A DNA stretch of 64,000 bases from Chara braunii (GCA_003427395.1 BFEA01000040.1:3937098-4001097), one strand, 5' to 3'. Shown: positions 12,020 to 26,615, numbered from the stretch's first letter. The notes: generated from the letters alone by a model not told the origin. Numbers and translations are program-made.

Positions 12020-12320
12020 ACAAATACCCATATTTTGCGTTTGATTAGTGGTCGTCCGCTAGTCTTGTTTGTGGAGGGCGATCTCCCATTTGACTTCTAC
12101 CCTCACCGCAATGCCCATATGTTGTGCTCGATTAGCGGCTATCCGCTGGTTTTGTTCGTGGCCTGTTTGCTGACATTGCACTGAACTTTTTTGGTTTGGC
12201 CCATGGGTCGTCATGGCTTGACGACCGGGTGAACTACCGTTTGGCTTCTGCCCTCACTGCAATGGCCATATTTGATGCTTGATTAGCTGCCATCCGTTGG
12301 TTTTTCGTGGCTTGTTTTTC
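12020..12320 (+). repeat. Three imperfect copies of CCATAT..TG..TGATTAG....TCCG.T.G..TT.TT.GTGG
   Basis: Copies start at ~12027, ~12113 and ~12265. Confidence 0.7.
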
Positions 12321-13569
12321 ATAGCTATTTTACGAAAATCCTTTGAGCTTCTGCGTCCGTTGTTCTTGCGTACCTAAACGAAAATTTGTGACCACTGACA
12401 TGATATTGATTCATAACAAACCATGGCCTCGGAGGCCTGCGAAGCAAACACATTGAGCAACGTGCTGCACCAATGCTTCCTCTCTGGAAAGGAGGAGGCT
12501 GGCATCGCAGCACAATACATACACACTTCACGGGATGGGTTGCTCGAGGAGGCTCCATCTATTGGTGGGGAGCATCACCTGCTGGAAAACGGGTCTAGCG
12601 TCCCTGTAAACAACCAAATGTCATATAACATGCCACATGTTCATCCTACTATAATCCTGAGCAATTGATGAGCCAACACGTAGGCACGCTCAATTCCACC
12701 TAATGAGCAGCATTGATTGCCCTCAACCGAGGGGATTAACTACCCATCACACTAAAGATATAAACCCTCATCTTATTCTAGAAAAAGACTTACTGCGCCA
12801 TGAGGGGAAAATGTAATCAAAGTAGGGAGGTAGAAAGTCAATTGAACCTAGATTCATCATTGTGACCCACTTTACAGAACAACAGTGAACCACATAGGCT
12901 GCCCCATTGCATAACACTACAGTAACTATTCCTTCGGCGCTGCCGCGTGACGAATTTGTAACGCGACTGAAATGACAATCCCTGCGTGGGAGCCATATTT
13001 ACGAAATTCATACATACTGGGATCGCCAATTACTCGTGACAAGTTAAGATCACCAATTACACGTGGCGAACAGATAAGCAAGCCCATACCCAAGGCATGG
13101 TTATTTTGTTGCCACATGGCCAAACTTTGTGGCCACATCCCATCTTTCTATCTAGCATTCTCTAACCTACCCCTTCGCGCCACCATCTCTCTCATCGCAC
13201 CCCCACATCCTTCCTGTTTTCCACTCACTCCATTCGGTTACCCCACTTGCCCATCCCCCCAATCAAAATCCAACGAACTAAAGGGAAACAAGAAGGAAAG
13301 GAAGGGGAAGAGGGGGGAAAGAGAATCCCAAATCGCACTTGCCCCACCATGAGAATCATCATTGTTATTCTTGTTGTTGTTGTTGTTGTCACCGGCAGCG
13401 TTGTTTTTTTTTTTTGTTGCTGATGTAATCAATATTTATCCCCAACGAGCACGAACTCGAAATCCCTCCTTCCCTGCAGTTGTCCTGCACGGTCTTATCA
13501 TCGTTGGGGCAGTAAGTGTTATCAATATTAATGGCCTGTACATATGTGCGCGTCGTTTCAGTAGGCCTG

Positions 13570-13582
13570 TCGTTGTCGTTGT

Positions 13583-13615
<33 letters not shown>

Positions 13616-13623
13616 CGTTGTCG

Positions 13624-13663
<40 letters not shown>

Positions 13664-13690
13664 CGTTGTTGTTGCTGTTGTTGTTTTTGT
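13570..13690 (+). repeat. (GTT)n microsatellite
   Basis: Seen directly; explains the poly-V, poly-N, poly-T and poly-L ORFs. Confidence 0.97.
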
Positions 13691-13879
13691 TATTGCAGAG
13701 ATCGACGGTGTAGGCGAAATCGTTGTCGTCGTTTCTCTCAGTTTTGATAGCGTTGTCCGCGACGTAGCTAATGTCGTGTACGCCATCCTCAATTTCGTCG
13801 TCTTCTTCGTAGCATCGGTCTCCCATCGTAGCGCAAAGAGCTTGCCCCTCCTCAAGCTCCATATAGTAGTACTGCATCA

Positions 13880-15460
13880 GGCTTTGCAACCGTAGTTGAT
13901 CCATGCGTACTTCCTGATGGGGGAAAGGCCCCTTCTCCAATCCCCATGTAATCTCCATAAGACTTCGCTGTGCATCTGGGACATGGATAGTAGGGACTGG
14001 ATCACAAGAGACCAACTTAAGGAAAGCTGAGGTATTGCCATAAACTGGAGGAAGCCTTGGAAAACTTGATAGAATATATTCCCCTACACTGGTGGAAAAT
14101 CCTAAGAAAGGGACCCTCGATACGAGAGTCGGACTTGGTTCTAATTCGGGGTCGTCAGGGAGAAGTGGGCAACGTGGTGCGCAGAGACCCGACAGGATCG
14201 GTGGCAGTAGACATCTTCACAATCTGCAATGATAACTCACTCCAAAAGGTTAACCCCGAACAGATACAACTAGTCGAAGAGAAGGAACTCTCAAGAATTA
14301 GAGTGTTGAGGGAGGACGAGAGATGGGTGACGTTCTCTCCGGACACGCCGATTTCTCAATTGTCATTGGACCCATGGGAATGGGTATCGACAAACACGAT
14401 AGGCAGGGGCAGAACCAGCACTAAAACGCTATCTAATATCATAGTCAAAGCAACATACAGAATGCTCCGACCGAAAACCAACTTGCGGGACCGGGTGGAA
14501 ACGAGATGGATAGATCACTTGAACATTAGCAAAGAAGCGCTGAGAAATGTTAAATGCTTCCAATTAACCAAATCTAAACGTGCCAACCTGGTCTCCTTAC
14601 AATGGCAAATGGAACACAGGTGCCTACCAACTAGCAATTGGCTGATTGACAGGACCAACCTTGAACAGAAAGGACTCGCCCTACCCTGGTGTAGATTATG
14701 CACGAATGCATTCCCATTAAGAAAAAGACCAGAGACAATAGAACATATATTCCTCCAATGCCCGGGCGCTGTATGGCTCTGGCGATGGTGGGATAGAATC
14801 TAGGACCAACTGGGAACAGGGACACCCTGGCCATGGGACTGAAGGGCCCTGATGTTGGAAAAATGGCCCTTGGAACAACCTGATGACTTTACCCTTAATA
14901 TGTTTAAACAAGGACGCAGGGCAGTTATATGGGCACTATGGAAACGACGCTGCACCTATGAGATGGAGGGAGTGAGGTTGGAAGGGCCAGAATTTACGAA
15001 GAGCATACAGAAACAGATCCAGACAAACATAATAGCAAGATGGGAGGAAGTCAAAATGCAAATCAAACACACACACACTCAAAACGAAATAAAGGAAAAA
15101 ATCCAAAGATTCTGCAGAGAATGGCTCGAGGGGGAAACGGGGGGGAGGATGGGGAAAGTGGAATGGAAAGGAGGAGAAAAGGGGCAGAAGGAGGGGCAGG
15201 ACAGCGAGCAGATAACCAGAGACTATAGACTCCTCTTCAATGATTGGACCAAGCTAGAAGATTCAATTCCATTGAGGCCAAGCGTACAATTCCCTGACTT
15301 CATCCCCCCCCTGCAAATGGTTTTGTAAGCAAGGCATGGTATGAGGTAGAGTGAGGAGTGGTTTCATAAGAGTAGCTAGACTGCTAGAGCCTATGGATAC
15401 CATCAGGCGGCCCAACGAAGGGCTGAAGAGGCAGATCTAGCAAAGTCTATTAGTTCTCAA
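13880..15460 (+). mobile_element. LINE ORF2 C-terminal remnant plus 3' UTR
   Basis: IWDMDSRDWITRDQL; LQWQMEHRCLPT; PWCRLC...ETIEHIFLQCPGAVWLW (zf-RVT-type); IWALWKRRC (14852-15328). Confidence 0.85.
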
Positions 15461-16009
15461 GGATTAGATGTGCATATTGTACTCAGAATTTGGAAGAGGG
15501 GGAACCAAGAAGAGATAGCAGACATCTGGCGCCAGGTNNNNNNNNNNNNNNNNNNNNNNNNNNNNNNNNNNNNNNNNNNNNNNNNNNNNNNNNNNNNNNN
15601 NNNNNNNNNNNNNNNNNNNNNNNNNNNNNNNNNNNNNNNNNNNNNNNNNNNNNNNNNNNNNNNNNNNNNNNNNNNNNNNNNNNNNNNNNNNNNNNNNNNN
15701 NNNNNNNNNNNNNNNNNNNNNNNNNNNNNNNNNNNNNNNNNNNNNNNNNNNNNNNNNNNNNNNNNNNNNNNNNNNNNNNNNNNNNNNNNNNNNNNNNNNN
15801 NNNNNNNNNNNNNNNNNNNNNNNNNNNNNNNNNNNNNNNNNNNNNNNNNNNNNNNNNNNNNNNNNNNNNNNNNNNNNNNNNNNNNNNNNNNNNNNNNNNN
15901 NNNNNNNNNNNNNNNNNNNNNNNNNNNNNNNNNNNNNNNNNNNNNNNNNNNNNNNNNNNNNNNNNNNNNNNNNNNNNNNNNNNNNNNNNNNNNNNNNNNN
16001 NNNNNNNNN

Positions 16010-16041
<32 letters not shown>

Positions 16042-16043
<2 letters not shown>

Positions 16044-18830
16044 CTTCGCTATGCATCCTGGATCCATGATCGCGACGGCACCATCCTTTCGGTCGCCACC
16101 AATCTCAACTTCGCCACCAACCGACTTAGACGCGCGCTGCTCACTTGAACTGTAGTAAGCCATGCGGTAGCACCCGTCCGCTGTTCATCCAGACTCGCCA
16201 TCGCCAGATTCGCCATCACCAACCACCGCTCTGCACACCCGTGTCGTTATTGTCACAATCGGTCGAGAAAGAACACGCTAACTCTCCTGAATTATCTTGC
16301 AGCAATCGCGTCGATGTGTCGTCGCCTAAGCTGCCACGTGCGAACCCCGCATACGCCCAGTCCAGACGCTGGGCGGGCAGTAGGACAACCAGGCGCAGTG
16401 ATGGCGGATGCCCACCACTGCTCCAGTCCACGCAGTACGGACGGGCCCTGCCGACCGGTCAGTGGCACAGATTAGTGCTGTTCGCGCGCTCGGATTTTCG
16501 GGTTTTTTTTTTTTCCCAAGTGGCCGGAGGAGACGCTACTTTCACTCAGAAAGAGCGATGGCGTAGGACAATTGCATCGGGTTGGGACTTAAGAGGGGCC
16601 GCATCAGACCTGAAGGGGCAAATATGATTTCCTATTTAGCCCCTTCACACTGTCTACGAGATTGGATGACAAAAGTGCTTCAGATGGAGCGTTCGACGAT
16701 GGTGGAAGGCAAACCCTCTCGGGTGCTGTACAAATCATGGCAAAGCCCGGCAGAACAAGCTGAGGGCCGCCAACAGCAGCAGGCAAACATTTTTTTTTGG
16801 ATTCGTGTACTGAGAGTTCCATACCTGGCTATGACTTTTCTGCTCAGGGCGGTCAAAGCCCAGTATGGGGAGGTCCTCAAAGCTCACTCCCCCGAACGAA
16901 TCCTAGGTTGGTAAATCGTAGGTATGACCTACAGCCTGCGGCGAAATCTAGGGTGTCCAAATTTTTGAAACTCTGCACGCCGCATGGATGGGTCAAAGTT
17001 GATGTCATCACCCAGGATACGGATTGGTGCTAGGACTGCAGATGGTATGGTCATAAGACTGGTGCAGAGGAATGTCCGAATAAGAAAAGAAACCCGACGA
17101 CTTCTACCTACGCAGATGCGTTGAAGAAACCTGGGGCTGAAGGGGCCGGGCCATTGGAGGAAGGTGGGTCCCCTCCCCCCCCCCCTTGCCCTGACCCTGA
17201 CACAGCCTGTGGTCTCTTCTTCGCCCTCGCTTTCAGTGGCAATGTTTGGTGTGGAGCCAACGTCAGTCCCAATACCGGCTTCTCAACCGACGTCTGATCC
17301 AATGTAGGTGCTGATCTCTATGCCCGTGTCAACTCCTGTGTCGACTCCACGGACCTTGTCCTTGTCTCTTGTTCCGGACCAACAGGGCGGGCAATCTGCT
17401 GGCATTGTTCTTACCACAGTCTCGACCGCAATCCTAATTTCCCAGGAGCCATCCTCAATGCCAGGAGTGGCCTCCCCACCTGAGACCACTCACCTGCAAC
17501 AAATGGTGACACTGATCCCCTTCACTCAAGTGTCACTTGGGATGTCTGCTTCGACTTTGGTCCAGGTGACCCCGACTCAGCCGGGACCTTAAGAATATAT
17601 GCCACTCCAGAAAGGACCCACTGCACCGGTGAAAAGAAAACTGCTGGTCGGAGGACCAAGAGCTGCAAAGCCTCATTCCGAGTCATCCGTACACATCTTC
17701 TCAGAATAAGAAAGGGAATACGGGTCGGGATCCCATGCATATGCAAAGGGGAGACATGACAGAAGATGAGGACTCGAGCCGACGGACCACTCACAGCAAC
17801 AGGACCGGGAGCAGCAGGCTGTTGCAGCGGGAGGCAATTTGCCGCCCGACCTACCGCAACAGGTGGCAATCCACCCAAACAATGAACCGGACATGGACAA
17901 AGGAGGGTCTGTTGACCCGAAGAGAGCCCAGACATTTCCGGGCTCTATCCAAAAAGCAATGCAGGACGGTTAGCTGTGTGTCGTCATCCCACTCGTTTTT
18001 AAGGCGGAAGACGACATACTCCAACTTATGGGGGCGACGACACAGAATGAAGTTCTGACGATCCCCTACTTTGAGCTTCATGAAAATCCTCTCCCGGCTG
18101 TGGCTCACCGTGAAGTCAACAAATGACTGACCCCGGCTTACAAAACACGCTCTTTTCCTGATATGGATTGGGTCCGTCTCATGCCAACCAACGATGCAGG
18201 AAAAACATTTATTTTGTTGTTCCCCTTCATTGATGTGATCGTTAACGCGGCTGCAGGGGCTGAAGTCCCATTATCGGGCCTCTGTGGAATCCCTCTGCAA
18301 CTGATGAAGAACCCGACGGGGCAAATGGCAGTTGGAACCAAAATCTATGACTGCTGGTCGGCCAGTTTACTGACCCAAGTGGAGAAACACATCCCTTGGC
18401 ACAAGAGCATTTTGTCAGCGAATTTTCTTAAGCTCAAGTGTCGTTCGTGGGAGGATGTACTGTCATGTTAGATCAAATACGAATGGTTTGAAATTCAAGG
18501 AATGTTCGGGGTCTGGGATCTCGCAGAGTAGCTGCTAAAGGATCCCTCATCAAGACCCTTATGCAAAATAAGGGAGCTCAGATCGCTTTGTGGCAGGAAA
18601 CTAAATTGGATGCCTCTGCAATAGAGGAACAACGGGGTTGGTGGGCGGGCTTTGATTTTTGGGCTTCCTGCACAGGGAGCGTGGGGAGGAGTGACAATCT
18701 TGTTTACCGCTTCCTTCCCGTATGAGATTACAGGTTAGCACCTCGCGCCCCGCGGATGGCCAGGCCCGCCCGCCAGGAATCGCGCAAGTTTCGGAGTTAT
18801 GGTGGCCCAACGTGTATGCATGACCAACAA
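16042..18830 (+). mobile_element. Decayed LINE ORF1 plus start of the AP endonuclease
   Basis: Zinc knuckle WC*DCRWYGHKTGAEECP (~17023-17080); NVRGL endonuclease start (~18500); GGVTILF and NVYA remnants (~18685-18820). Confidence 0.65.
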
Positions 18831-19249
18831 CCTTGACCATCGGTGAACCCCGGACATGCATGTACCGGAGTGGGAAGACCCATGTGGACCTCGCACGATG
18901 CAGTGACGCCAGTGCATACGTCAGAAGCAAAGGGAGTTGATTACGTGGTGAAGAAGAGTCTCATCGATCAGGTTGTGTAGACGACACTAATCGTTGGAGA
19001 CGAGATTGCTAAAGAAAGACAAAGTGAAGGGACACACAAGTTACGATTTACACATGTACCGTGGTTTGATAGACGAGGGGCAAACGTGGGAGCGAACGTG
19101 GACGACCTAACAGTACAGAAGGGGCAAACTGGTCACAGGCGTGTGCGGCATCTCCAAGCAACATAGCGTGGGGGTGTAACATGAGGAGCTTCCCGAGGTG
19201 CTAACCTCAGGAAACAACAGCCGGTACAAGAAGTTGGCCCGGGCGTCTT

Positions 19250-19560
19250 GGTGAGGTGAGGATAAGCTGCTCCTCTTAATCACTGTGCTAAATCGGGGAG
19301 CCGAGAGTATGATTTGGCGTGGCACTGGCAGGTCTGCTACAACCAATCAAGGCGAGTGAATGACGCCCGGGGTGGTGATGCTTGTCCGGAAAAATCGCCA
19401 CAAGACACAGACATCTAGGCGAGGTGAGGAAAGTTGCTCCTATCAGCAACTGTGTTGAATCGGGGTGCCGCGAGAATGATCTGGCGTGGCAGTGGTAGGT
19501 CTGCTACAACCAATCAATGCTAGCGAACGAGGCGTGGGGTGGCGATGCTTGTCCGAGTAA
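19250..19560 (+). repeat. ~170-bp tandem duplication
   Basis: GAGGTGAGGA..AG.TGCTCCT...GGCGTGGCA.TGG.AGGTCTGCTACAACCAATCAA...GGGGTGG.GATGCTTGTCCG occurs twice. Confidence 0.85.
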
Positions 19561-19759
19561 AACCAACTCAAGACACAAGACAAGTCACCGAGTTAATATT
19601 CCAAGGGGACATGTGGACAGACGACAACGGGGGAAGTGTGGGATTCGGACAGAGAGTGAATTGGGTCAAAGGAGAGTGAACGGGGTGAGGGGTGTTGATG
19701 AGAGTCTGAAGAGGATCGACCCAAGACACGTCACCGACCGAACACACGCAGGGGATACA

Positions 19760-19917
19760 TCGAGAGACAACAAAGGGGAAGGGAGGACTCCGGACAGAAA
19801 GCACATCAGGCGAGAGACAACAAAGGGAGAACTTAGGACTCTGGACAGGGAGAAAGCACATCAGGCGAGAGACAACAAAGAGAGAACTTAGGACTCTGGA
19901 CAGGAAAGTACATCAGG
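19760..19917 (+). repeat. ~52-bp tandem repeat x3
   Basis: CGAGAGACAACAAAG...AGGACTC.GGACAG..AAAG.ACATCAGG units. Confidence 0.9.
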
Positions 19918-22900
19918 TTACACGTTTCTGTACACCCCCTGGCCCCACTCTTGTACGTGCACACCCTCTCTCATATGATAATTGCCCCGTTCCCCTCCGT
20001 ACCCTATAACCTGTCCCCCGCCTAATCCCAAGTATTCCACACCCACAGATCTACGACGATTTGCCCCGTGGGATCCACCTTTGTCGGTCATTTTCCACTG
20101 CCACATGGGTGGACCACATCACGCAATAGAAGACTACCTAATGTAATGAACGTGGAAAACTTCAATCACATCTTCTGTTAAACAGGAAAATGACAACACC
20201 AGGATGGTTGTCACTGTCGACGCCGCCCAACAACTTCCACATGTCATCACTCAAACTGTGAATGAGAGAGTGTCCCTGAGGAAGGCACACAGTATAGCTG
20301 AACCACAAAAGTCGGATGGACCGAATAATACTGATCCAACCCGGCCTCGGGATGACAAAATGATATATGGACAACTGTCTGCTGCAGGGAGGGACAAAGA
20401 TGTGCCCCCAGATAATGAACCTGCCCCTTCCTCTCGTTCGACCAAACACAATACAACTGGAGGGTTGACCAAAGGGCAGGGTCGTACTTTTGTTGCACAA
20501 CAGAAGACAACAGAGTGCAACAATCAGGCCTGCCAACTAGCCAAGAAAGGGCAACAAGGGCAGGCACCCACCACATGGAGGGATAAAGTGGCACCCCCTA
20601 GGGGAGAATTTGCACCGGCCCCTACCCCCTCCTCCTCATCAAATGGAGCGAGAAAGCCACCACCGCAACTGATTACCGCTCTCTCAGCGCCTGGACGAGT
20701 CGACCCGCATAGATCATCTGCTCTAGCCTCCATCGTTCCACTTAAGAGCCACCTGATACAACAACTCTATGTCGAGCCGGAAAGGAAATTCCAAGTGAGG
20801 GAGGGACACATATACCCTCACTCCATATTCTCACCCCGCGCCCGGCCATACATTCCAGCCTGCGCAATCGGCAATCCCAGTAAATGAGAAAATCAAATGG
20901 ATCACCGAAAAGCTTAGGAGGATCAAACCATATCGACAATTAGTGAATGACCACTTTCTCATTGAAGTGGACAGCCACGATTGTGTCACAATCGTCGCCC
21001 TCTACCACACAGATAAACAGTTGCTCTTGAGAAATAGACAGCTACAGTTTAGAGGAAGACAGGTGCAGCTTACAGCGTGGTCTCCGGCTGACCCGCAATC
21101 AACAAATGAGAAAATGAAGTACCTCATGAAGTCGAATTTTTCGGTTGAATTCCAATTTGGACCGTTGTGCATGCAAGGAGCCATCCTCGCCCACTTGGAG
21201 GACATCGCCCATGTCAAAGGTTATATCACTGACCTGCCCCAATTCCTGGGGAAGAGAGATGATTCGCTGTTGGTTGCAGTGGATTGGGATCCCGAATACC
21301 CTTTCCCCATCAACGAGGAATGGAGGTACTCTCTCAGGCGTAAAGAGTTTTCGGTCCCAATCAGTCATTCCCAAGACCCATGGTGTTATGCTTGCAAACA
21401 AAGAGGGAACCTATGCACAAATGCATCCTGCCCCAAAAATGGTTGCAAGTTCAGGATCAAAGGACTTGTGACTCCCCACCACACAGATAAAGAGTGCTGG
21501 TATCCGAAGGAACTGGAACTCCAAGGCTGGATGTTTAAAGCCTATGCTGACGGACGCCCCGGGAAATGGATATGGCAAGGAAAGGGCTGTCCAGTGGCAT
21601 CCCCCTCGGGGTGATACATGACCGTCGACCACTAGAAAACCACAGCATTCGGAATAACCAGAACCAGCAGGACGTTGCCCAAAACACAAAGCTGCAGCCC
21701 GGAAAGTCGGCCAAATCGGCCAAGTCGGGCCCCACCCCCCCACAACAGACCTACATGCCTAAACTAAAAACACAGACACAGGCTGTCGCACAACAGTCGC
21801 AGGAGGGCACAACAAATGGCCAAGGGCAGCAACAGATAGTAAAAATACAAAAACATGACATACCGATGAAACCCGACAACTCTGGGCAGCAGAACAACCA
21901 GAACATACACGTTGAACAAATGGGCCCAACTCAAAATGCTTTGGACCCAACAACCTCTGTTGATGCAGCCACAACACACGGGCATCAGAACACACATGCT
22001 AAATAGTTGGGCCCAACTTTGAATGTTATGGGTCGTGCTGAAGAAGCTACCACACACCCACATGTAAATCTGCAGAATACACGCACAACCACAATCGTAA
22101 GGAAAGAAGGAAAGTTTGGGTCAGCAACAAATAGAAAGGACAGTCGGCCCGGGATTGGACAAGAAACAGGAAAAGGAAAAAAAAAAAAAATGGATTCTGC
22201 GGGCCCAACAAACAGGCCCAACCGCAAACGCCAATGTGGTTGCCGCCATAGGCAAACAGAAAATCCAAGGCAAACAACGGCAGCTAGGCAAGGGCACTGA
22301 AGCACATGACAAGGAAGGTTTGGAGAAACTGCAAACACTCATCGTTGTCCAACACAAAGCGCAAAATAAGAAGCTGGCTCCGTCTGCCAGTCCTGCTGCA
22401 TCGGTACCGCCTCCGTCCCCAAATGGGCAACTACAACTGCCCGGGGGTACAGTGTCGACAACAGAAGTGGAAGAACTCGTCCACCAGGTATGTCCCATCC
22501 CCCTCCAAGTAACAGACCCACAATCCGAAGTTCTAGTTCTGTCAGAAATAGAGGGAGGGCATCTGCACGAGGAACATGACAAAGACACAAGCGCTGCACA
22601 ACAGGGGGGCCGCACAAGCATTCACGAAGGTGCAAGGAGTAGGTTAAACCCCCGGGCAATGTGGCTTAGAGCCAACTCCCTGTTGACCAAATCAAAGGTG
22701 CAGCTTTTTCCCAATATTGGGAATCGACAGACGCTAGGCAACTTCACGGAGAAATTGGAGATAAACTGACGCAATGTGGGCACCGCGAGCTGCAACAAAC
22801 ACTTCCACACCCAAGTCAAGAGGGGATACGGAAACTGCATGCACAGCCGTGCAATCGACAACTACCCTCCCTCGACCGGTCACCTGTCACGACGGGTCAT

Positions 22901-25479
22901 ATGTTGACCGTTATCTCGGAAGTCATGGGAAGTCAAGTTCATAACCCCCCAGCAACCTCATGACCCGGTGCGTGTACGGCTGAGGAGACTCGAGCACAAG
23001 GAGATAATGAAGCCACTGTTGTGGCTACAACACAGCCAGGAAAGCTAATGTTGCAACCGCAACAACAACAACTCGACTTCCAACAACAGCCCCTCCTGCC
23101 CGCTTCAAGCAAGCATCACCAGCAAGGGCAGGACCAGCAACAACAACAGTTACTGTGCTTGCAGCAACCCCTGCCGAGCGCATCGGCCCTCGCCCGTCCT
23201 CCCCGCCACGTCACGCTGTCGTCGCAGGAGTTTAAACAAAAACCAAAACCAAACAGAACAACTCAAGAACGACGCAGAATATCCTGCATGCCGTCGAAAC
23301 GGGTGCGGTCGCATCGTCCCCTCGCCGCTCTGGCCGGGTGCGCCAGCTATACTTCCCGTGGTCCCCTACGATAGGATAGGTTCCCGCGGGGCATAAGCTT
23401 GCTTCCCTAAGGGGTTGTCACCACCCTTAGGGGCGTATCCCTACCGAGCTACCGACCCACATGCGAAAGCTTTTAAATGCAGTCGCAGAGGTAGGTCAAC
23501 CGAGGGCGTTTGCTCGTTCGCTGTAGTATAGATACGCTTAGTTAACGCCAAGCGGACCCGAACATCGTCCGTTCCTAGGGCGCTGATCTCCTAAGTACGA
23601 AGCGTACACCGGTCGATTAGGACGGTCTCAACCAAGCGTGAAACCCAAATAGTTATCCTAGTCCCTTAGACATATAGCCAAAGAGAATGATAACATTCAC
23701 AAACAATTACATCAAAAGAAGTCGACCGTAGTCAACAGGAATATATATCCCATCGAAAATGATAATTGAAAGAAACAATTCATCATTCAATAACACAAGA
23801 TCAGAATAAAATTCGACCACCGCGGGTCGCACACCATAAAACAATCAAACAACCGCCAACAACGAGTTGACTACTGATAATAACCTCAATGCAACCGACA
23901 AGGTAGTCNNNNNNNNNNNNNNNNNNNNNNNNNNNNNNNNNNNNNNNNNNNNNNNNNNNNNNNNNNNNNNNNNNNNNNNNNNNNNNNNNNNNNNNNNNNN
24001 NNNNNNNNNNNNNNNNNNNNNNNNNNNNNNNNNNNNNNNNNNNNNNNNNNNNNNNNNNNNNNNNNNNNNNNNNNNNNNNNNNNNNNNNNNNNNNNNNNNN
24101 NNNNNNNNNNNNNNNNNNNNNNNNNNNNNNNNNNNNNNNNNNNNNNNNNNNNNNNNNNNNNNNNNNNNNNNNNNNNNNNNNNNNNNNNNNNNNNNNNNNN
24201 NNNNNNNNNNNNNNNNNNNNNNNNNNNNNNNNNNNNNNNNNNNNNNNNNNNNNNNNNNNNNNNNNNNNNNNNNNNNNNNNNNNNNNNNNNNNNNNNNNNN
24301 NNNNNNNNNNNNNNNNNNNNNNNNNNNNNNNNNNNNNNNNNNNNNNNNNNNNNNNNNNNNNNNNNNNNNNNNNNNNNNNNNNNNNNNNNNNNNNNNNNNN
24401 NNNNNNNNNNNNNNNNNNNNNNNNNNNNNNNNNNNNNNNNNNNNNNNNNNNNNNNNNNNNNNNNNNNNNNNNNNNNNNNNNNNNNNNNNNNNNNNNNNNN
24501 NNNNNNNNNNNNNNNNNNNNNNNNNNNNNNNNNNNNNNNNNNNNNNNNNNNNNNNNNNNNNNNNNNNNNNNNNNNNNNNNNNNNNNNNNNNNNNNNNNNN
24601 NNNNNNNNNNNNNNNNNNNNNNNNNNNNNNNNNNNNNNNNNNNNNNNNNNNNNNNNNNNNNNNNNNNNNNNNNNNNNNNNNNNNNNNNNNNNNNNNNNNN
24701 NNNNNNNNNNNNNNNNNNNNNNNNNNNNNNNNNTTTTCACTCATGCATGACGCCCACAACCCCACTCAACCTTTCTCCTGAACATTCAAAGCAAAATGGT
24801 CAAGCAATGTGTGGGTGCACACAGGTGTGAAGGGAGTCTGAGTCGTCCACTGACGGACCTTGAGTGAAGTGGTGTCGAACGCGTTGTGGCTCCCTCAAGA
24901 AAGCCAAATGACATATACGCGTCACCGAAGAAACCGCAGTCCCAAGGTAAGTTTTGAACCAACTGATTGCCCTTGTCTGTTCCCGACTCGCAAGTTTCAC
25001 TCGCGGCAGTCCCAAGTGCGAAGATGGCAAGCCGCACTCGTCCCAAAAAAATCCACCGCGTCCTGCGTCGATCCCAACCGATCCCAGCCGGTCCCAAGTG
25101 GTCCCGCACTACTGCTAGTGTTGGGTAGTCTCATCTACAAAACATTAATTTCATATGCTGCATAAAAAATAAACCCGCCCGTCGCGCTCAGATTTCGTAT
25201 CGTCGCATGCCATCAACCGCCACCATGTCACGCTACTGTTGCCGTACACACCAATGGTAGCAGACCGTCACCAAGAAAAGCAGACGCCTCGCCAAAACAA
25301 AAAAAAACTTTCAGCGCCGTAAAAAAAAACCTCCACTGCCGCGCCGCACGTCCTACCATCGTGCCGCATTTCCATTGCGGTGTCGAACTCTCGTCGAAAA
25401 ATGGCAGCACGTCGTCGCTTTGTGCCCTGTCAAAAAAAAAAAAAAAAAAAAAAACGCCAGCGCTCCGCCATGCCGTACC

Positions 25480-25720
25480 AGCGTAGAAAAAAGAAGGCAG
25501 CGCCTCGCCGTGTTGTACCACCGCAAAAAGACAGCAGCGTTTCGCCATGTCGTACTACCGCAAAAAGACGGCAGCACTTCACTTCGTTATACTACTGTGC
25601 CATACTACCGCAAAAAGACGGCAGCACTTCGCCGCGTTATACTACCGTGCCGTCAAAACGACAGCGTCACTCTTCAAAACAAAGTGCTGCCAACCTGCCG
25701 TCAAAACGGCAGCGTAACTT
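25480..25720 (+). repeat. Imperfect tandem array in the LTR (CCGCAAAAAGACGGCAGCAC..TACTA); second copy at ~31660-31905
   Basis: Units of ~37-50 bp seen directly in both LTRs. Confidence 0.85.
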
Positions 25721-26531
25721 TTCAAAATAAAGGTGTCGGGCCGACGTCGTGGTATTTCGGCAGCATAACCCCACAAAAATGGGTTATGGTTGCCGAAAAT
25801 ATCGGTCGGCACACCTCCACCAGTTGTCGTGCTCCCCACTGCTCCTTGCCACGCTCCGCTGCCGCTCCTCACCATGATGTCGCAGAGTCCCACCAGACCA
25901 GTCTGCCAAGGGGTGGACCAGAGTGCTCCAGCCAAGGCTATGGTTGTCTCCTCCTTCGTCGCTCCGCTCATCTGCAGTCCTCCGGCTCTGCCGGCAGCAC
26001 TCCTGCCTCCTCTCAAGCACTCCAGCAATGAGGCAAGTGTGTTGTCGCACACAGGCAGCCGGAGGCAAGTGTGAGGCAACTGGGGGACAGCTGCCTCTTT
26101 TGTAGTGGCTAAGGAGGCCAGCAGCAGCCTCAGCTGCCCCCAGGAAAAATTTGTCACTCGCCTGGGCCCGTTGATATGAGGCAGATCAACGGACTGAGGT
26201 TGTCTCACCTCAGCCACACACCTAGGGTGGCAGTTGTACTCAACTGCCCCCGTCTTTTTTTCCCTTTTCCCTGCACTCAGCCCCGCACTTAGTGCAGATT
26301 CAGCGGGAAAATGGTTGTTTTCAACCAAGTTCCCCTCATTACCCCTTCATCTCCCCAGCCTCTGGCCTGAGTCACATTCAGGCCAGTTTGGCGTGTATCT
26401 GATCATAGCCGCGGCCACATTCGTGGCCATGGCTTTTTCATTTTTCCTTTTTTTTTTTCTTTTTTTTTTTTTTGTATTACGTCGGCTTTGCCACCGGTCA
26501 CGTCTCATCGTGGCCTGCTATGGGACATCGA

Positions 26532-26562
26532 GGTACAGACCCGGGTTCAAATCCCTACCGGG
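26532..26562 (+). pseudogene. tRNA 3'-half fragment (Gly-GCC-like; B box) in LTR A; second copy at 32713-32743
   Basis: GGTACAGACCCGGGTTCAAATCCC compared with plant tRNA-Gly(GCC) GGTACAGACCCGGGTTCGATTCCC (recalled sequence); the 5' half is not recognisable. Confidence 0.6.
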
Positions 26563-26615
26563 ATTTTGGACTATTTCTCGATTTATGCGTGTCATCCTTG
26601 TGCAAGGGTCAAGCT
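26563..26615 (-). ncRNA. U6: U6 3'-half fragment in LTR A
   Basis: Reverse complement AGCTTGACCCTTGCACAAGGATGACACGCATAAATCGAGAAATAGTCCAAAAT matches U6 from the AGC triad to the 3' end. Confidence 0.9.

Noticed and set aside
13362-14015. Poly-V/N/T ORFs
   Set aside because: Products of the (GTT)n microsatellite and the antisense strand of a LINE.
15420-15450. CTGAAGAG hammerhead-like core
   Set aside because: No GAAA core or flanking stems.
15521-15537. PBS-like CA-TC-TGGCGCCAGGT
   Set aside because: Runs into an N gap; too short, and no LTR can be verified.
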